Shown in pieces: positions 39,809 to 49,672 of a DNA stretch of 64,000 bases. The stretch is from IMG/VR virus record IMGVR_UViG_3300020578_000020, positions 1-64,000 of that record. One strand, 5' to 3'. The position numbers and the translations under genes are program-made. This DNA is from a virus (Duplodnaviria > Caudoviricetes). Each line of letters begins with the position of its first letter. The first letter of the stretch is position 1. Under the pieces are notes generated by a model that saw only the letters and a program-made list of their open reading frames with translations, was not told the origin of the DNA and did no database searches.

Positions 39809-39882
39809 GGTGTGGTAGCTCAGTAGGTAGAGCAAAGATTTGAAACTTCTTGTGCCGATGGTTCGATTCCATTCCCATACCA
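39809..39882 (+). tRNA. tRNA-Phe(GAA)
   Basis: GGTGTGG/CCATACC; loop TTGAAAC; TTCGATT. Confidence 0.85.
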
Positions 39883-39889
39883 CAAATAT

Positions 39890-39963
<74 letters not shown>

Positions 39964-40037
39964 CTAAAGGGTGAATAGGTGGAAGGGCCTTTCCTGAAAG
40001 ACGGCTTGCTAGGCCCGTGTTCACCCTCATGAATTAT

Positions 40038-40114
40038 ACTGATGTAGCTCAATTGGTGAGAGCAGGACGCTTATATCGTCAAGGTTATGGGTTCAAGTCC
40101 CCTCTTCAGTACCA
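40038..40114 (+). tRNA. tRNA-Ile(TAT), CCA encoded
   Basis: ACTGATG/CTTCAGT; GACG-CTTATAT-CGTC; TTCAAGT. Confidence 0.8.
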
Positions 40115-40119
40115 TAATT

Positions 40120-40191
40120 GGTCCCATCGTCTAACGGTTAGGACATATGGTTTTCATCCATAAAATCGGGTTTCGATTACCCGTGGGACTA
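40120..40191 (+). tRNA. tRNA-Glu(TTC)
   Basis: GGTCCCA/TGGGACT; TATGG-TTTTCAT-CCATA; T-stem closed by T-A instead of G-C. Confidence 0.85.
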
Positions 40192-40216
40192 CAAACTTGT
40201 TGAAATAAAATAGGAA

Positions 40217-40299
40217 GGTCAGGAGTGTAAAGAGACATGGTGTTGAATCCGTCTGTTGAAGATGGTTACTCATTGTAGGTTCGAATCCTATCCTGACTT
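40217..40299 (+). ncRNA. Aberrant tRNA-like RNA
   Basis: GGTCAGG/CCTGACT; GTAGG-TTCGAAT-CCTAT; CCGTC-TGTTGAA-GATGG; no normal D-arm. Confidence 0.5.
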
Positions 40300-40411
40300 C
40301 ACAAGTGCTCACCACGCTACCCATCAGAATAGCGCCCCAAGGTGAGCTAGTGTAAACGCTTAATAGAACGAAGGCCAAGTTCAGAGCAGGGAGCGGGTCC
40401 TGCAAACATTT

Positions 40412-40485
40412 GGTCCATTGGTGTAATAGTAACATTTGTCCCTGTCACGGACAAGCCCTCGGAGCGTAACCGGGATGGACCGCCA
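40412..40485 (+). tRNA. tRNA-Asp(GTC), atypical T-loop, CCA encoded
   Basis: GGTCCAT/ATGGACC; TGTCC-CTGTCAC-GGACA; T-loop AGCGTAA. Confidence 0.8.
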
Positions 40486-40505
40486 AACTTATTAAATTAA
40501 AAACT

Positions 40506-40775
40506 ATGAAAACTTTTCAGGATTTGCCTTTTGATTCTATGAACGACGGATTTATGATCGGAAAAAAAGCCCGTATGCACTTTGATAATGGGTATGGAGT
40601 ATCTGTTGTGTCACACAATCATTCATATGGAGGTCGTGATGGTCTTTATGAAGTGGCAGTTTTAGATAAAGATGGTCTTTTGACTTACGAGACCCCTGTA
40701 ACAAATGATGTAATTGGTTACTTGAGTGAAGAAGATGTGACTGATGTTATGAAACAAGTTCAAGAATTGAAATGA
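40506..40775 (+). CDS. Conserved-type small phage protein
   Basis: FDNGYGVSVV...SYGG..GLYEVAV...DVIGYL. Confidence 0.75.
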   Translation: MKTFQDLPFDSMNDGFMIGKKARMHFDNGYGVSVVSHNHSYGGRDGLYEVAVLDKDGLLTYETPVTNDVIGYLSEEDVTDVMKQVQELK

Positions 40776-41371
40776 TGAAAAAATTGTTTTTTGTTTCTAC
40801 ATTATTTATGTCTTTTTTCCTTTCATCTCAGGTTAAGTATACATTAACAAAGTACCCAATTTACTCTAAAATATGGGAAAAAAAATATGACAAAATTGAA
40901 AAAAATGAAGATGGGTTACCTTTAATTGTTTTTTCACCAAAAGGTTACGACACGTTCGGAGACAACTTTTCAAGTTTTAAAAATGTAAGTCAAACTAAAG
41001 TACAATCATATTTAGTTTCAGATTTGAATAAATTCAGAAAGGACTACAAAAAAAGTCCAATTTCGAATAGTGTTGTTTTAACAAATAAAAGTATCGATGA
41101 TGCGAAAAATATTTCGACGGTTAAAAATTATAAAATTTCTAAAGAAAAAAATGTAAAAATTGTTTACGACTTTATTCCCGTAGATTTTTTCTCTCGGGTG
41201 GACGTAAAAAAATATGAAATTGAAAAAATTATTGCAGAGTCTGTTTTCGATTGGTTTGTTGCAAACGATGAAGGAATGTCATTACTATTAACCGAAAAAA
41301 GAAAAGAATTTGGACTTGGTGTTTATATTAGTGAAACTAAAGGAGTTACAATTGTGATTCGAGGAAAATAA
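40772..41371 (+). CDS. Secreted protein, possibly degenerate CAP domain
   Basis: Signal peptide; LNKFRKDYKKSPI...LL...FGLGV. Confidence 0.55.
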   Translation: MMKKLFFVSTLFMSFFLSSQVKYTLTKYPIYSKIWEKKYDKIEKNEDGLPLIVFSPKGYDTFGDNFSSFKNVSQTKVQSYLVSDLNKFRKDYKKSPISNSVVLTNKSIDDAKNISTVKNYKISKEKNVKIVYDFIPVDFFSRVDVKKYEIEKIIAESVFDWFVANDEGMSLLLTEKRKEFGLGVYISETKGVTIVIRGK

Positions 41372-41429
41372 AAAAGAGGGGTTAATAAACCCCTTTTTTT
41401 TATTTCTTACCAAAACTTAAATGTTGGTA

Positions 41430-41966
41430 TTATTTTCTAAATACGGATGCTAACTCTGATTGTGAAGCCTGACCACAAAAATTTTCTTTTAAGAAGTCTA
41501 AAGTGTTTCCATATCGTGAATTTATATTTCTTACAAGATCAGACTTGAAAAAAACTACTTTCAAAGTATCATAAAAGGTGTAAAAATCCGAAGTTGAGCA
41601 ATCAAAATATATTGTTTTAGGTATTGATTGACCAGCAATGGCCTTAGCTGACTCGACACCTGACATATCACCTGTATCTTTCTTAGCGCCAAATTTTGAA
41701 CCATCTTTTCTAAAATAAAGTAACCCTGGTATAGTACATTGTGTTGGGCTTGTTTTTGTAATTTTTGCCCCTCCTTTAATAATTAAATTTACATTTGGGA
41801 GTCTAGATTCAACAGGTTGATTTCTATTATCAACAACTTTGCCAATAGGACTGTCTTCGATTCCAAAACCTAAATCCATAGGAATAGTCATATTCTCACT
41901 TTCATTTATAACTCGTCTAACGATTCTAGCCAAGTCATTTTCTGTTAATCTAACAATTCTTTTCAT
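41430..41966 (-). CDS. RLTESDL-leader hypothetical protein
   Basis: MKRIVRLTENDLARIVRRVINE; TATTTAT upstream on minus strand. Confidence 0.8.
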   Translation of the reverse strand: MKRIVRLTENDLARIVRRVINESENMTIPMDLGFGIEDSPIGKVVDNRNQPVESRLPNVNLIIKGGAKITKTSPTQCTIPGLLYFRKDGSKFGAKKDTGDMSGVESAKAIAGQSIPKTIYFDCSTSDFYTFYDTLKVVFFKSDLVRNINSRYGNTLDFLKENFCGQASQSELASVFRK

Positions 41967-42070
41967 AATTTTTTTTTTAATTAATTTTTTTTTATTATCT
42001 TTGTTTAATAAATATATTACAAGTTTAAAAAAATTATATTATTGTTCAATTTAAAAATCTTAAAATAACT

Positions 42071-42313
42071 ATGGCAACAAAATCAGGAAAAAAAGGACGT
42101 TACATCTGTAAAGTGGGATATTTCGACGTTTATGCAAAAGACACTTTAAAACCGGCTAAGACCTCAAAATACAAGTGGACTAAAGGTGAAGTAAAATCAA
42201 CGGAATATGTTCTTTATCATTCTAAAAAAGTGGTTGAGAAGGGACTTCAAACAAAAGATTTGGCTGTGTCCAAAGCTTCTGAGTTGATGTCAAAACATAA
42301 AGTTTCTGGTTAA
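42071..42313 (+). CDS. Small basic protein
   Basis: 80 aa, Lys-rich. Confidence 0.65.
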   Translation: MATKSGKKGRYICKVGYFDVYAKDTLKPAKTSKYKWTKGEVKSTEYVLYHSKKVVEKGLQTKDLAVSKASELMSKHKVSG

Positions 42314-42321
42314 AAAAAAAC

Positions 42322-42522
42322 ATGAATACTCTAATTAATTTTCTACAAGGTGTTGTATCTATCATTTTTGTTATGATCGGTTGTTTTTTTATGAACTTAT
42401 ATTTAAATCAACCTTTAGGATTTGTGAGTTTTTTTTGTGGTCTCTTAGGGTTTTTTATTCTCTATCCTGCAATAGATAAATGGAAGGAGACTCTAAAGTT
42501 TCGAAAAAATAGTCAGGAGTAG
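42322..42522 (+). CDS. Small 2-TM protein
   Basis: Two hydrophobic helices. Confidence 0.55.
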   Translation: MNTLINFLQGVVSIIFVMIGCFFMNLYLNQPLGFVSFFCGLLGFFILYPAIDKWKETLKFRKNSQE

Positions 42523-42749
42523 TTGAATGCTAATTTAGTCTTACCTTCATTCAAAAAAAACGTTTAAAAATAAAAAAATGGATCTATCAACTTTAGTTGC
42601 AATTTCGGTTCCAGTGATTCTGGTAATAATTGTAGTGTTTATGGCTGTTAAAGGACAAAAATAATAATCGAATATTCTTTTCTTTTTGTGTATTTTATAA
42701 ACAACTGAGTATTTATTGAATAAATAATTATATTCAAAACTCAAAAAAG

Positions 42750-42923
42750 ATGAAACTAACAAAAGAACAAATTTTAGGAATTGTAAGACATGGACTCACA
42801 TTTATTGGTGGTATTTTGGTGATGAAGGGTCTTGTTGACGAAACAACCATTACTGAGATCATTGGTGGTCTAATCACTTTAACTGGAACCATTTGGTCCA
42901 TCATCTCCAAAAAACAAGCCTAA
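42750..42923 (+). CDS. Small 2-TM putative holin-like protein (57 aa)
   Basis: LGIVRHGLTFIGGILV...IIGGLITLTGTIWSIISKK; below track cutoff. Confidence 0.6.
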   Translation: MKLTKEQILGIVRHGLTFIGGILVMKGLVDETTITEIIGGLITLTGTIWSIISKKQA

Positions 42924-42987
42924 TCTAAAAAAAATATCCCCCTTCTTTATGTTGGGGGATATATATTATATATAAAATATCCAATAT

Positions 42988-43590
42988 ATGTCTGAAATTA
43001 TAATTGCGTTTATTACGGGGGTTTTAGGGCCAATAATATTAATTTATATTAAACACTTTTTAGATAAAAGAAAAAAGAAGCCTGATATGGTTATGGATAC
43101 TTTACGAGTTAGCGAGTTGATAAATCAAAAAATAGACCACATCAAAGAGGAATTCAAAGCGGACCGAGTTTGGATATCTCAATTTCACAACGGTGGAAAT
43201 TTTTATCCAACAGGAAAATCAATGGCCAAATTTTCAATAATGTATGAAACAGTCGGGGCTAGCACCCAATCAGTACAATCTAATTTCAAAAATATACCAG
43301 TTCAGTTATTTTCAAAGGCAATAAATGAACTTTACCAAAATGACATAATTGAAATTTCTGATTTCAAGGATGAAACCATCCCAACCTTTGGACTAAAATA
43401 TATCGCAGAAGAATGTGGATCCAAATCATCATATTTGTTTGCAATTAAGACCATTGAGGAAAAGTTTATTGGTATATTAGCAATTGACTTTACTCGTAGA
43501 AAAACAAATCTTGACATTGAGTCAGTTAACCATCTTAAAGTTCATGCATCATCAATTGGTGGTGTTCTTATGACTTATTTGAATCAGTAA
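42988..43590 (+). CDS. N-terminal TM plus GAF-like domain protein
   Basis: TM; ADRVWISQFHNG...KSSYLFAI...FIGILAIDF. Confidence 0.6.
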   Translation: MSEIIIAFITGVLGPIILIYIKHFLDKRKKKPDMVMDTLRVSELINQKIDHIKEEFKADRVWISQFHNGGNFYPTGKSMAKFSIMYETVGASTQSVQSNFKNIPVQLFSKAINELYQNDIIEISDFKDETIPTFGLKYIAEECGSKSSYLFAIKTIEEKFIGILAIDFTRRKTNLDIESVNHLKVHASSIGGVLMTYLNQ

Positions 43591-43613
43591 AAAAAATTCA
43601 TTACCTTTTAGGT

Positions 43614-44084
43614 ATGAATATTTTCTTTTTAGATTTTGATACAAACAAATGTGCGAAATATCACTGTGATAAACACGTAGTAAAAATGATATTAGAAACC
43701 GCACAACTTTTATGTGGTGTTCATCACGTATCCTCCCAAGTTACCCCCCAAGTCCCATATAAGTTATCACATAAAAATCATCCTTGTGCGATATGGACGC
43801 GTAGTTCATTATCTAATTACTTGTATCTTTGTGATCTTGGTTTGGAGTTGTGTAAAGAATATACTTTCCGTTATGGAAAAAGGCACAAGTCTCAAGATGT
43901 TATAGAATGGTGTTTACAAAACAAACCTAGTATTCGTGATATTGATTTTACATGTCCACCATTAGCTATGGCGGATGAATTTAAAATTGGTAATGATGTG
44001 ATTGAATCATATAGAAATTATTATAGAGGCGCCAAAAAAAAATTTGCAAAATGGAAAAATAGAGATATTCCTGAATGGTTTTAA
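43614..44084 (+). CDS. Pyrimidine-dimer DNA glycosylase/endonuclease V family protein
   Basis: MNIFFLD...HCDKHVVKMILETAQLL...HKNHPC..W...EY..RYGK.H. Confidence 0.8.
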   Translation: MNIFFLDFDTNKCAKYHCDKHVVKMILETAQLLCGVHHVSSQVTPQVPYKLSHKNHPCAIWTRSSLSNYLYLCDLGLELCKEYTFRYGKRHKSQDVIEWCLQNKPSIRDIDFTCPPLAMADEFKIGNDVIESYRNYYRGAKKKFAKWKNRDIPEWF

Positions 44085-44120
44085 CTAATCGGAATATTTA
44101 TTAGAAATTGCAATTATTTA

Positions 44121-45479
44121 ATGTTAACAAAAAAACAAGTTTTACTAGAAGCTCAGAATGGTAAATTAACAGGATTGACATCAATAGGTAATGGTCATCA
44201 AATGAATGCTGAAGCTGCTAAGGCATATGAAAGAATGGTCGCTGCGGCAAAGAAAGATGGTATAACTTGGAAGGTGACTGACTCATACAGACCTTATGAG
44301 ATCCAAAATAAAATCTTTGATTGGAATTACTATGAAAAAACAGGTAAAAAAAGAAAAAAAGGTACTTCAGGTACTCCTGTTGCTTATCCTGGTCAATCTA
44401 ATCATGGTTGGGGAAGTGCTGTGGATCTTGGAGCTAAATACGGTGATCCTGTTCATAAATGGTTAACTAAAAACGCGGCAACTTTTGGATTCTCAAACCC
44501 ATTTAGGAACCCAAGAACAGAACCTTGGCATTGGGAGCACGTTTCAAGTGCAAAGTCAATGAAATCAGGTGGGGACGTTTCCGAACCCTCACCAAATAAA
44601 GAAATATCTAAAAATACTGATTTATCAAATTTAACAATTTCTCAAAGTGCGTACCAAGGAGCCGCAAAATCTAATATTGATATGATCATCAATAAACTTA
44701 AGAATAAAGGTATTACTAACCCAATTCCCGTTTTAGGTATATTATCAGTTATTGGGAAAGAAAGTGGTTTTATACCTCAAAGCGAAAAAGGTTATTGTAG
44801 TACAGATGATAGTAGAATTATAAAAATATTTTCAGATAGAGGTAGAAAGTGTAAAAAACATAAATGTGATGATGAAAAATTCTTTGATTGTGTATATGGC
44901 AAAAATTCAGGTATTAAATTGGGAAATGATGAAACTGGTGACGGATTCAAATATAGAGGACGAGGATTTAATCAAATAACAGGAAAAGATAACTATCGTA
45001 AATACGGTTTCGAAAATAGTCCTGAAGAATTAAATAGCCCTGAAAAAGCTGCAGATGCAATGATTAATTTCTTAACACCTGAAGGATCTTCATTAAACAA
45101 CAAATTTAAAAATTTAGACGAGGCAATTAACTTTTTTGTGACCAGAAATGCAGGTGGGAAAAGATCAAGTATGGAAGAAACAAAGGCTAAAGAGGTTATT
45201 TCTAGTTTCAAGGTTGGTGATCAACTTTCCACAGATTATTTGCCTGCTTCGAATTCAGAAACTTCAACCGTTGGAACCTCAAGAGTTGATTCTGATGAAA
45301 CTAAAAATAATGATAAAGATAAACTCGATGTTCTCGATATGCTCGGTTTGGGTGGGATAAAATCTTATATAAGTTTTTTAAGAGGAGATGAGAAACAGTT
45401 TAAAAAAGATATTGACAAAGACATTAATTTGACCGAACAAACAGAAAGAATCAAAGATTTAATTAAGAAAATTATCTAA
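44121..45479 (+). CDS. Peptidoglycan hydrolase: M15 (VanY-like) peptidase plus GH19 domain
   Basis: SYR..Q...PGQSNHGWGSAVD...EPWHWE; ESG...YRGRGFNQITGKDNY. Confidence 0.85.
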   Translation: MLTKKQVLLEAQNGKLTGLTSIGNGHQMNAEAAKAYERMVAAAKKDGITWKVTDSYRPYEIQNKIFDWNYYEKTGKKRKKGTSGTPVAYPGQSNHGWGSAVDLGAKYGDPVHKWLTKNAATFGFSNPFRNPRTEPWHWEHVSSAKSMKSGGDVSEPSPNKEISKNTDLSNLTISQSAYQGAAKSNIDMIINKLKNKGITNPIPVLGILSVIGKESGFIPQSEKGYCSTDDSRIIKIFSDRGRKCKKHKCDDEKFFDCVYGKNSGIKLGNDETGDGFKYRGRGFNQITGKDNYRKYGFENSPEELNSPEKAADAMINFLTPEGSSLNNKFKNLDEAINFFVTRNAGGKRSSMEETKAKEVISSFKVGDQLSTDYLPASNSETSTVGTSRVDSDETKNNDKDKLDVLDMLGLGGIKSYISFLRGDEKQFKKDIDKDINLTEQTERIKDLIKKII

Positions 45480-45732
45480 CTTTCTTGATTTATCCACATA
45501 TTTCATTTATTACTGTAATATAATAATAAAAAATGACAGAAGAGATCAAACAAATAGAAATCTATTATTACTTCGCCAACGGTAGAAAAATTTGGACTAC
45601 AAATAAACTATTTGCTCAAATTAGAGCAATTCATTATGGTATGGGTCAAATCTATGTTGAGGTAATGGATGTAAAAGAAGAAAAAAATTAAAAAAAGTTT
45701 ACAAATTACTTGACAGATCGAAATAAATGTCT

Positions 45733-45777
45733 TAAATTTGTAGAACAAAACAGGAAAAGTCTTGAAACGTTCTTTGA
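45733..45777 (+). promoter_or_regulatory. TAAATTTG promoter box plus boxA-like GTTCTTTGA
   Basis: 45733-45740 and 45769-45777, ahead of the long ncRNA. Confidence 0.6.
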
Positions 45778-45784
45778 AAAAATA

Positions 45785-46676
45785 GATTATCCGTTCAGGA
45801 AAAAGTTTTGTCAGATTCTCTGACAAGTAATTGAGATAAAATTCTCTCCTTTAACTGATAAAGATATTGGGCCGTGTATGGTCCACTAAAATAAACCATG
45901 AAAGTGGGATAAAGTGAATCATTTGTGTTAGATGATTTGCGGCTTCTTCGGAAGCTCGAGTACACAAGCGGGATACCGTTTAATCTTTAGTACCGAGGGC
46001 AACGCTGTAGGGAAAGTGATTAGATGACTTGGCGATGTGGGTCGTCAAATTGAGGTGGGAACACTAAAAGAATTAACCCGTAGGGATATTTGCAAAACGT
46101 GAGATTATCCGATTTCATTATTGCGTGTTCCAATATTATAGGTCGCTTAAAACCGAAAGGTATGTTGGTGTACGAGTGGTGTCGTTACTAACCTTGACTT
46201 ACTTCTACCAAGAAGTTCGTTTCGAAGTGGTCTTGAAATATGAAGGCAGGGATGTCTTACGGAGTAGTTGAGTATCGACTTGTTCAAAAGATGGGTTGGC
46301 TTGGTTGGCGGACCACTACTTCGATAATCCACGACACAAACTTATGACTATTGAATTAAGTCTAATTAATTATAATACAATAAGGAAAAGTGTCCGTCAG
46401 ATCTTGTCGAAAGGTGATTACTTAGTCACGGGCTGTCCGTGGCACATGAGGTTCCCAAGACCAAGTGTATTTTTACCAAAGATCTCTAATCCCGCAAGGA
46501 CGAGTTGGGGAGGCATCCTCGAAGAGAGTCGAGTAGTAAGAGTGTAGATAAGATCTCAAGGAGTGGTTCACCTAAATAACCATCACTGAGAAATACTTTC
46601 CAAAAGAAAGTGGATAGGAGTAGAAACAATAATGACTCTAAAGGTTCTCACAAAAACGTGTAATCTCAGCGTTTCT
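45785..46676 (+). ncRNA. Large structured ncRNA, GOLLD-like (ends approximate)
   Basis: ~0.85-0.9 kb without a credible ORF; raised GC; many GNRA/UUCG hairpins; 3' AAAGGT...GTGTAATCTCAGC recalls the GOLLD 3' end from memory; own promoter and terminator. Confidence 0.65.
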
Positions 46677-46704
46677 TTTTAATGGAGCCACCGGTAAAAA
46701 CATT

Positions 46705-46727
46705 AGGGACAATTAGTCCCTTTTTTT
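46705..46727 (+). terminator. Intrinsic terminator after the large ncRNA
   Basis: AGGGAC-AATTA-GTCCCT plus T-run. Confidence 0.75.
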
Positions 46728-46809
46728 GTGCTTAAAAAAATCACAATCAAACAAACAAAAATTTCGAGGGCATAAAAAAATCCCACCATAATTAAATGAT
46801 GGGATCAGT

Positions 46810-47216
46810 TGGTGGACCTAGAGGGCTCCGACTCCCTCGTCCGGCTCGTCTTGTCTAAAAGACAACTACATGTTTAGGTTGGTATTTTCTAATACCCCAA
46901 AATATTTGATTTTGTCCTGATCAAAAACAAGGTTAGTTTGTTCTTTACCATCGTAAACTAACAACCAATGAACCACTCAATTTATAGTTTAATGGTAATC
47001 CACTTTTATCACTTCTGTTCCTGAGCGTATGTGAACCGGCTCGCGTTTCCGTATCTTATTAAGCTACAGTAACTTCAGAACCTCTTAGTAAACCAAGAGT
47101 TTCCATTTTGTTTAGCACATTGCCAATTGTTGTTCGAATCAGTTTTTAACGAGTTTAATTCAGACCCGACATGCTTCTTTTATTCAACCAACGCCCGTCA
47201 AATCCGATATAGGCCC
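46810..47216 (-). ncRNA. ssrA: tmRNA
   Basis: 5' GGGCCTA...GGATTTGAC, 3' TAGGTCCACCA with G3:U70; tag frame 47124-47059; TATATTTG and boxA upstream. Confidence 0.9.
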
Positions 47217-47299
47217 ATATATCTTAAATGACTATTTTCAAAGAACTATAGAACAAATATAATACAAAGATTTCACTTTGACAATATATTTATAAATAT

Positions 47300-48424
47300 A
47301 TGAAAAAAAGACTTCTTATAGAAAACGACATAGATGATCTAGAAGATTTCAGAAAAATTCTACTTTTAAATAAAAAAAAGTTAGATTATAATGATGTTGA
47401 GTTCTATAATAAAGATGGAAATAACTTCAGAGATACTGTTGAAGTAACCGCACATGGTTTAATGTTCCATTTTGATGATTTAGAAAAGTTTTTGAAGTTT
47501 TTCTTTCCTGAAACATATAGTGAGAATTCTGATGGTGAATGGGATGCAGTTAACTACGATAGAATGTATTATGGTAATTGGGACTTTTATGGTGAGTGTC
47601 AAGATAGAGCGTACGACGATTGGCATGAGGGATATACCTTAGATTATTTTTGTGACTCTGCAACAATGAAACTAAAACAACTTGCAGAGTTTCTAGATCC
47701 ATCTACAAGTAAAGATTTTAGAATACACCCTAACGGTCGTTTGTACTATGATGGTGCAGGCCATATTACAAGTATACTTGATAAGTTTTTTCCTGAACTC
47801 GGTGATGAAATTGACGAGATAGTTTGTAGAGGAAAAGATCGTGCAACCTTACAAGGTGCATCAGACTTGATGAAAGACACCTATTGTGATAGTTTGAAAC
47901 AATTTGGTATTGAAAATTGGGGTGGAAGAGCAGGATGTTTTAGAACCTATTTTATAAGTTGGGGAAATCTTGTTCAGTTATTTATTGATAAAGGTGATTT
48001 TGATGAGAATGTGTTGGACTTGTTATTTAACTCAGTTGAAAAGGGTTTTAGTGGTCACCCACCTGAGTATTATGAGATTGAACATACTGTTTGGGATAAT
48101 GAGATTTTCGAAAGTGAGACTTGTGAAAAATTGGAAGACTTGATGGATGAGTATATTGAAAGGGCTTATGAGGATATTGATTCAGATTATCTCGAAGTAA
48201 TGAAAAAAATTAGAAAACTCGGATTATTTAGTTTCAAAAAATTACCCGATAAAAAACATTACCTTAAAGTTGTAAAGGTAGATCCTGAAACACTTAAAGT
48301 AACATTTAGAGTTGGGACCTCACAACAAATCCCAACAAAAATAGGTGTATCAGATGTTGATAGTGTGATTGCAATGGTAACTCAGCCAGGTTTATTTAAC
48401 CCGACTGAGTATAGAATTGATTAA
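47300..48424 (+). CDS. Acidic hypothetical protein
   Basis: 374 aa; MKKRLLIE start; TATTTAT 6 nt upstream. Confidence 0.8.
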   Translation: MKKRLLIENDIDDLEDFRKILLLNKKKLDYNDVEFYNKDGNNFRDTVEVTAHGLMFHFDDLEKFLKFFFPETYSENSDGEWDAVNYDRMYYGNWDFYGECQDRAYDDWHEGYTLDYFCDSATMKLKQLAEFLDPSTSKDFRIHPNGRLYYDGAGHITSILDKFFPELGDEIDEIVCRGKDRATLQGASDLMKDTYCDSLKQFGIENWGGRAGCFRTYFISWGNLVQLFIDKGDFDENVLDLLFNSVEKGFSGHPPEYYEIEHTVWDNEIFESETCEKLEDLMDEYIERAYEDIDSDYLEVMKKIRKLGLFSFKKLPDKKHYLKVVKVDPETLKVTFRVGTSQQIPTKIGVSDVDSVIAMVTQPGLFNPTEYRID

Positions 48425-48426
48425 AA

Positions 48427-49455
48427 CTAATCTAACGAATAACGATATTTTAGAATCTCGTATAATTTATATCCGTCTTCATCATCGATATAAAGTTGGT
48501 TTTCGTCGTATAGATCTGAAATTATTATACCATTCTTTTCTTCTATTACATCAACTGTGGATAATTGATGAACTTCATCATAAAAAGGTTTATCATCTTG
48601 AAAATCAAAAATGCTTGGTTGGGGTTTAATTTCTTCTTTGAATTCATATTTTTTTAAACCCAACTTATCAACCATATTTTTTCCTGCAACAATCGCCCTT
48701 TCAACATCCGAGATTGATACGAATTCATTTGTTGTATGCATATTATAATAACCACATGACATGTTGATACAAGAAAAATCACCATATTGTTTAACCATCA
48801 TAATATCGGTATAAGGGTGTGATTGAACCATCATTTCATTTTCAAAACCCTCTGAGATCGCTTGTAATGCCAAAGGGAAAAACTCACCATTTTTATCAAA
48901 TAATATTGTTCCTGAACAACTATAAGAAATCAAGTGATCACCAGGAGCATCATATTGGGTACAATACCCAACATCTTTTAAAAAGTCCTTATCTAAGTTT
49001 CTTGACCCATGACAACCCGTTTCTTCTGAAACAAAAAATGCGACTTTTACTTTATCTAATTGTTTAAGTAATTCTAAACAAATAAAAATTCCACATTTAT
49101 CATCACCACCAATACCAGTTGGTTTATTGTTTTTATCATAAGCCTTTAAACATAATACTTTTTCATTTCCAAAATCTTTTCCAAAAGTATATGGTCTTGA
49201 AAGGTATTCTTCTTTAACAATGATTTCATCCACAAGATTATGAACCGTGTCGGTATGAGAAATAAACATGGGATAAAATTCACCTTCATTTAATATGCCT
49301 TTGGTTGCATATATGTTTTTATGTTCATCACATGTAACTTTAATGCCATCTAATTTTGAAAGTTCATTTAGTATATAATCTACCATCTTATCTTCTTGAT
49401 AAGTTTTGGTTGGAACCGATAATAGTTCTTTAAGTTTTGTTGTGTTCATATTCAT
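48427..49455 (-). CDS. M20/M28/M42-like zinc peptidase
   Basis: SHTDTV, GGDDKCG, EETG, YYNMHT..E. Confidence 0.85.
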   Translation of the reverse strand: MNMNTTKLKELLSVPTKTYQEDKMVDYILNELSKLDGIKVTCDEHKNIYATKGILNEGEFYPMFISHTDTVHNLVDEIIVKEEYLSRPYTFGKDFGNEKVLCLKAYDKNNKPTGIGGDDKCGIFICLELLKQLDKVKVAFFVSEETGCHGSRNLDKDFLKDVGYCTQYDAPGDHLISYSCSGTILFDKNGEFFPLALQAISEGFENEMMVQSHPYTDIMMVKQYGDFSCINMSCGYYNMHTTNEFVSISDVERAIVAGKNMVDKLGLKKYEFKEEIKPQPSIFDFQDDKPFYDEVHQLSTVDVIEEKNGIIISDLYDENQLYIDDEDGYKLYEILKYRYSLD

Positions 49456-49514
49456 TTATACAAAAATAAATAAAAGTTTTCAACTTAACAAAGTATTTAT
49501 AAAATAAATTAGTT

Positions 49515-49637
49515 ATGAAAAGAGTCATAAGACTTACAGAATCAGATTTAACTCGTATTGTAAGACGAGTTATCAACGAAAGACAACAATTGACCGAACA
49601 AGTAGTGAAAAATTTAGTGGTACCAACTCAAAAATAA
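49515..49637 (+). CDS. Near-empty RLTESDL leader cassette (40 aa)
   Basis: TATTTAT then MKRVIRLTESDLTRIVRRVINERQQLTEQVVKNLVVPTQK*. Confidence 0.6.
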   Translation: MKRVIRLTESDLTRIVRRVINERQQLTEQVVKNLVVPTQK

Positions 49638-49672
49638 AAAACCCCAATCCAAAACAGATCAGGATTTGAGTT

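Noticed and set aside
45608-46547. ORFs 45608-45826, 46147-46332, 46296-46547
   Set aside because: Short, atypical composition, overlapping the ncRNA or its promoter
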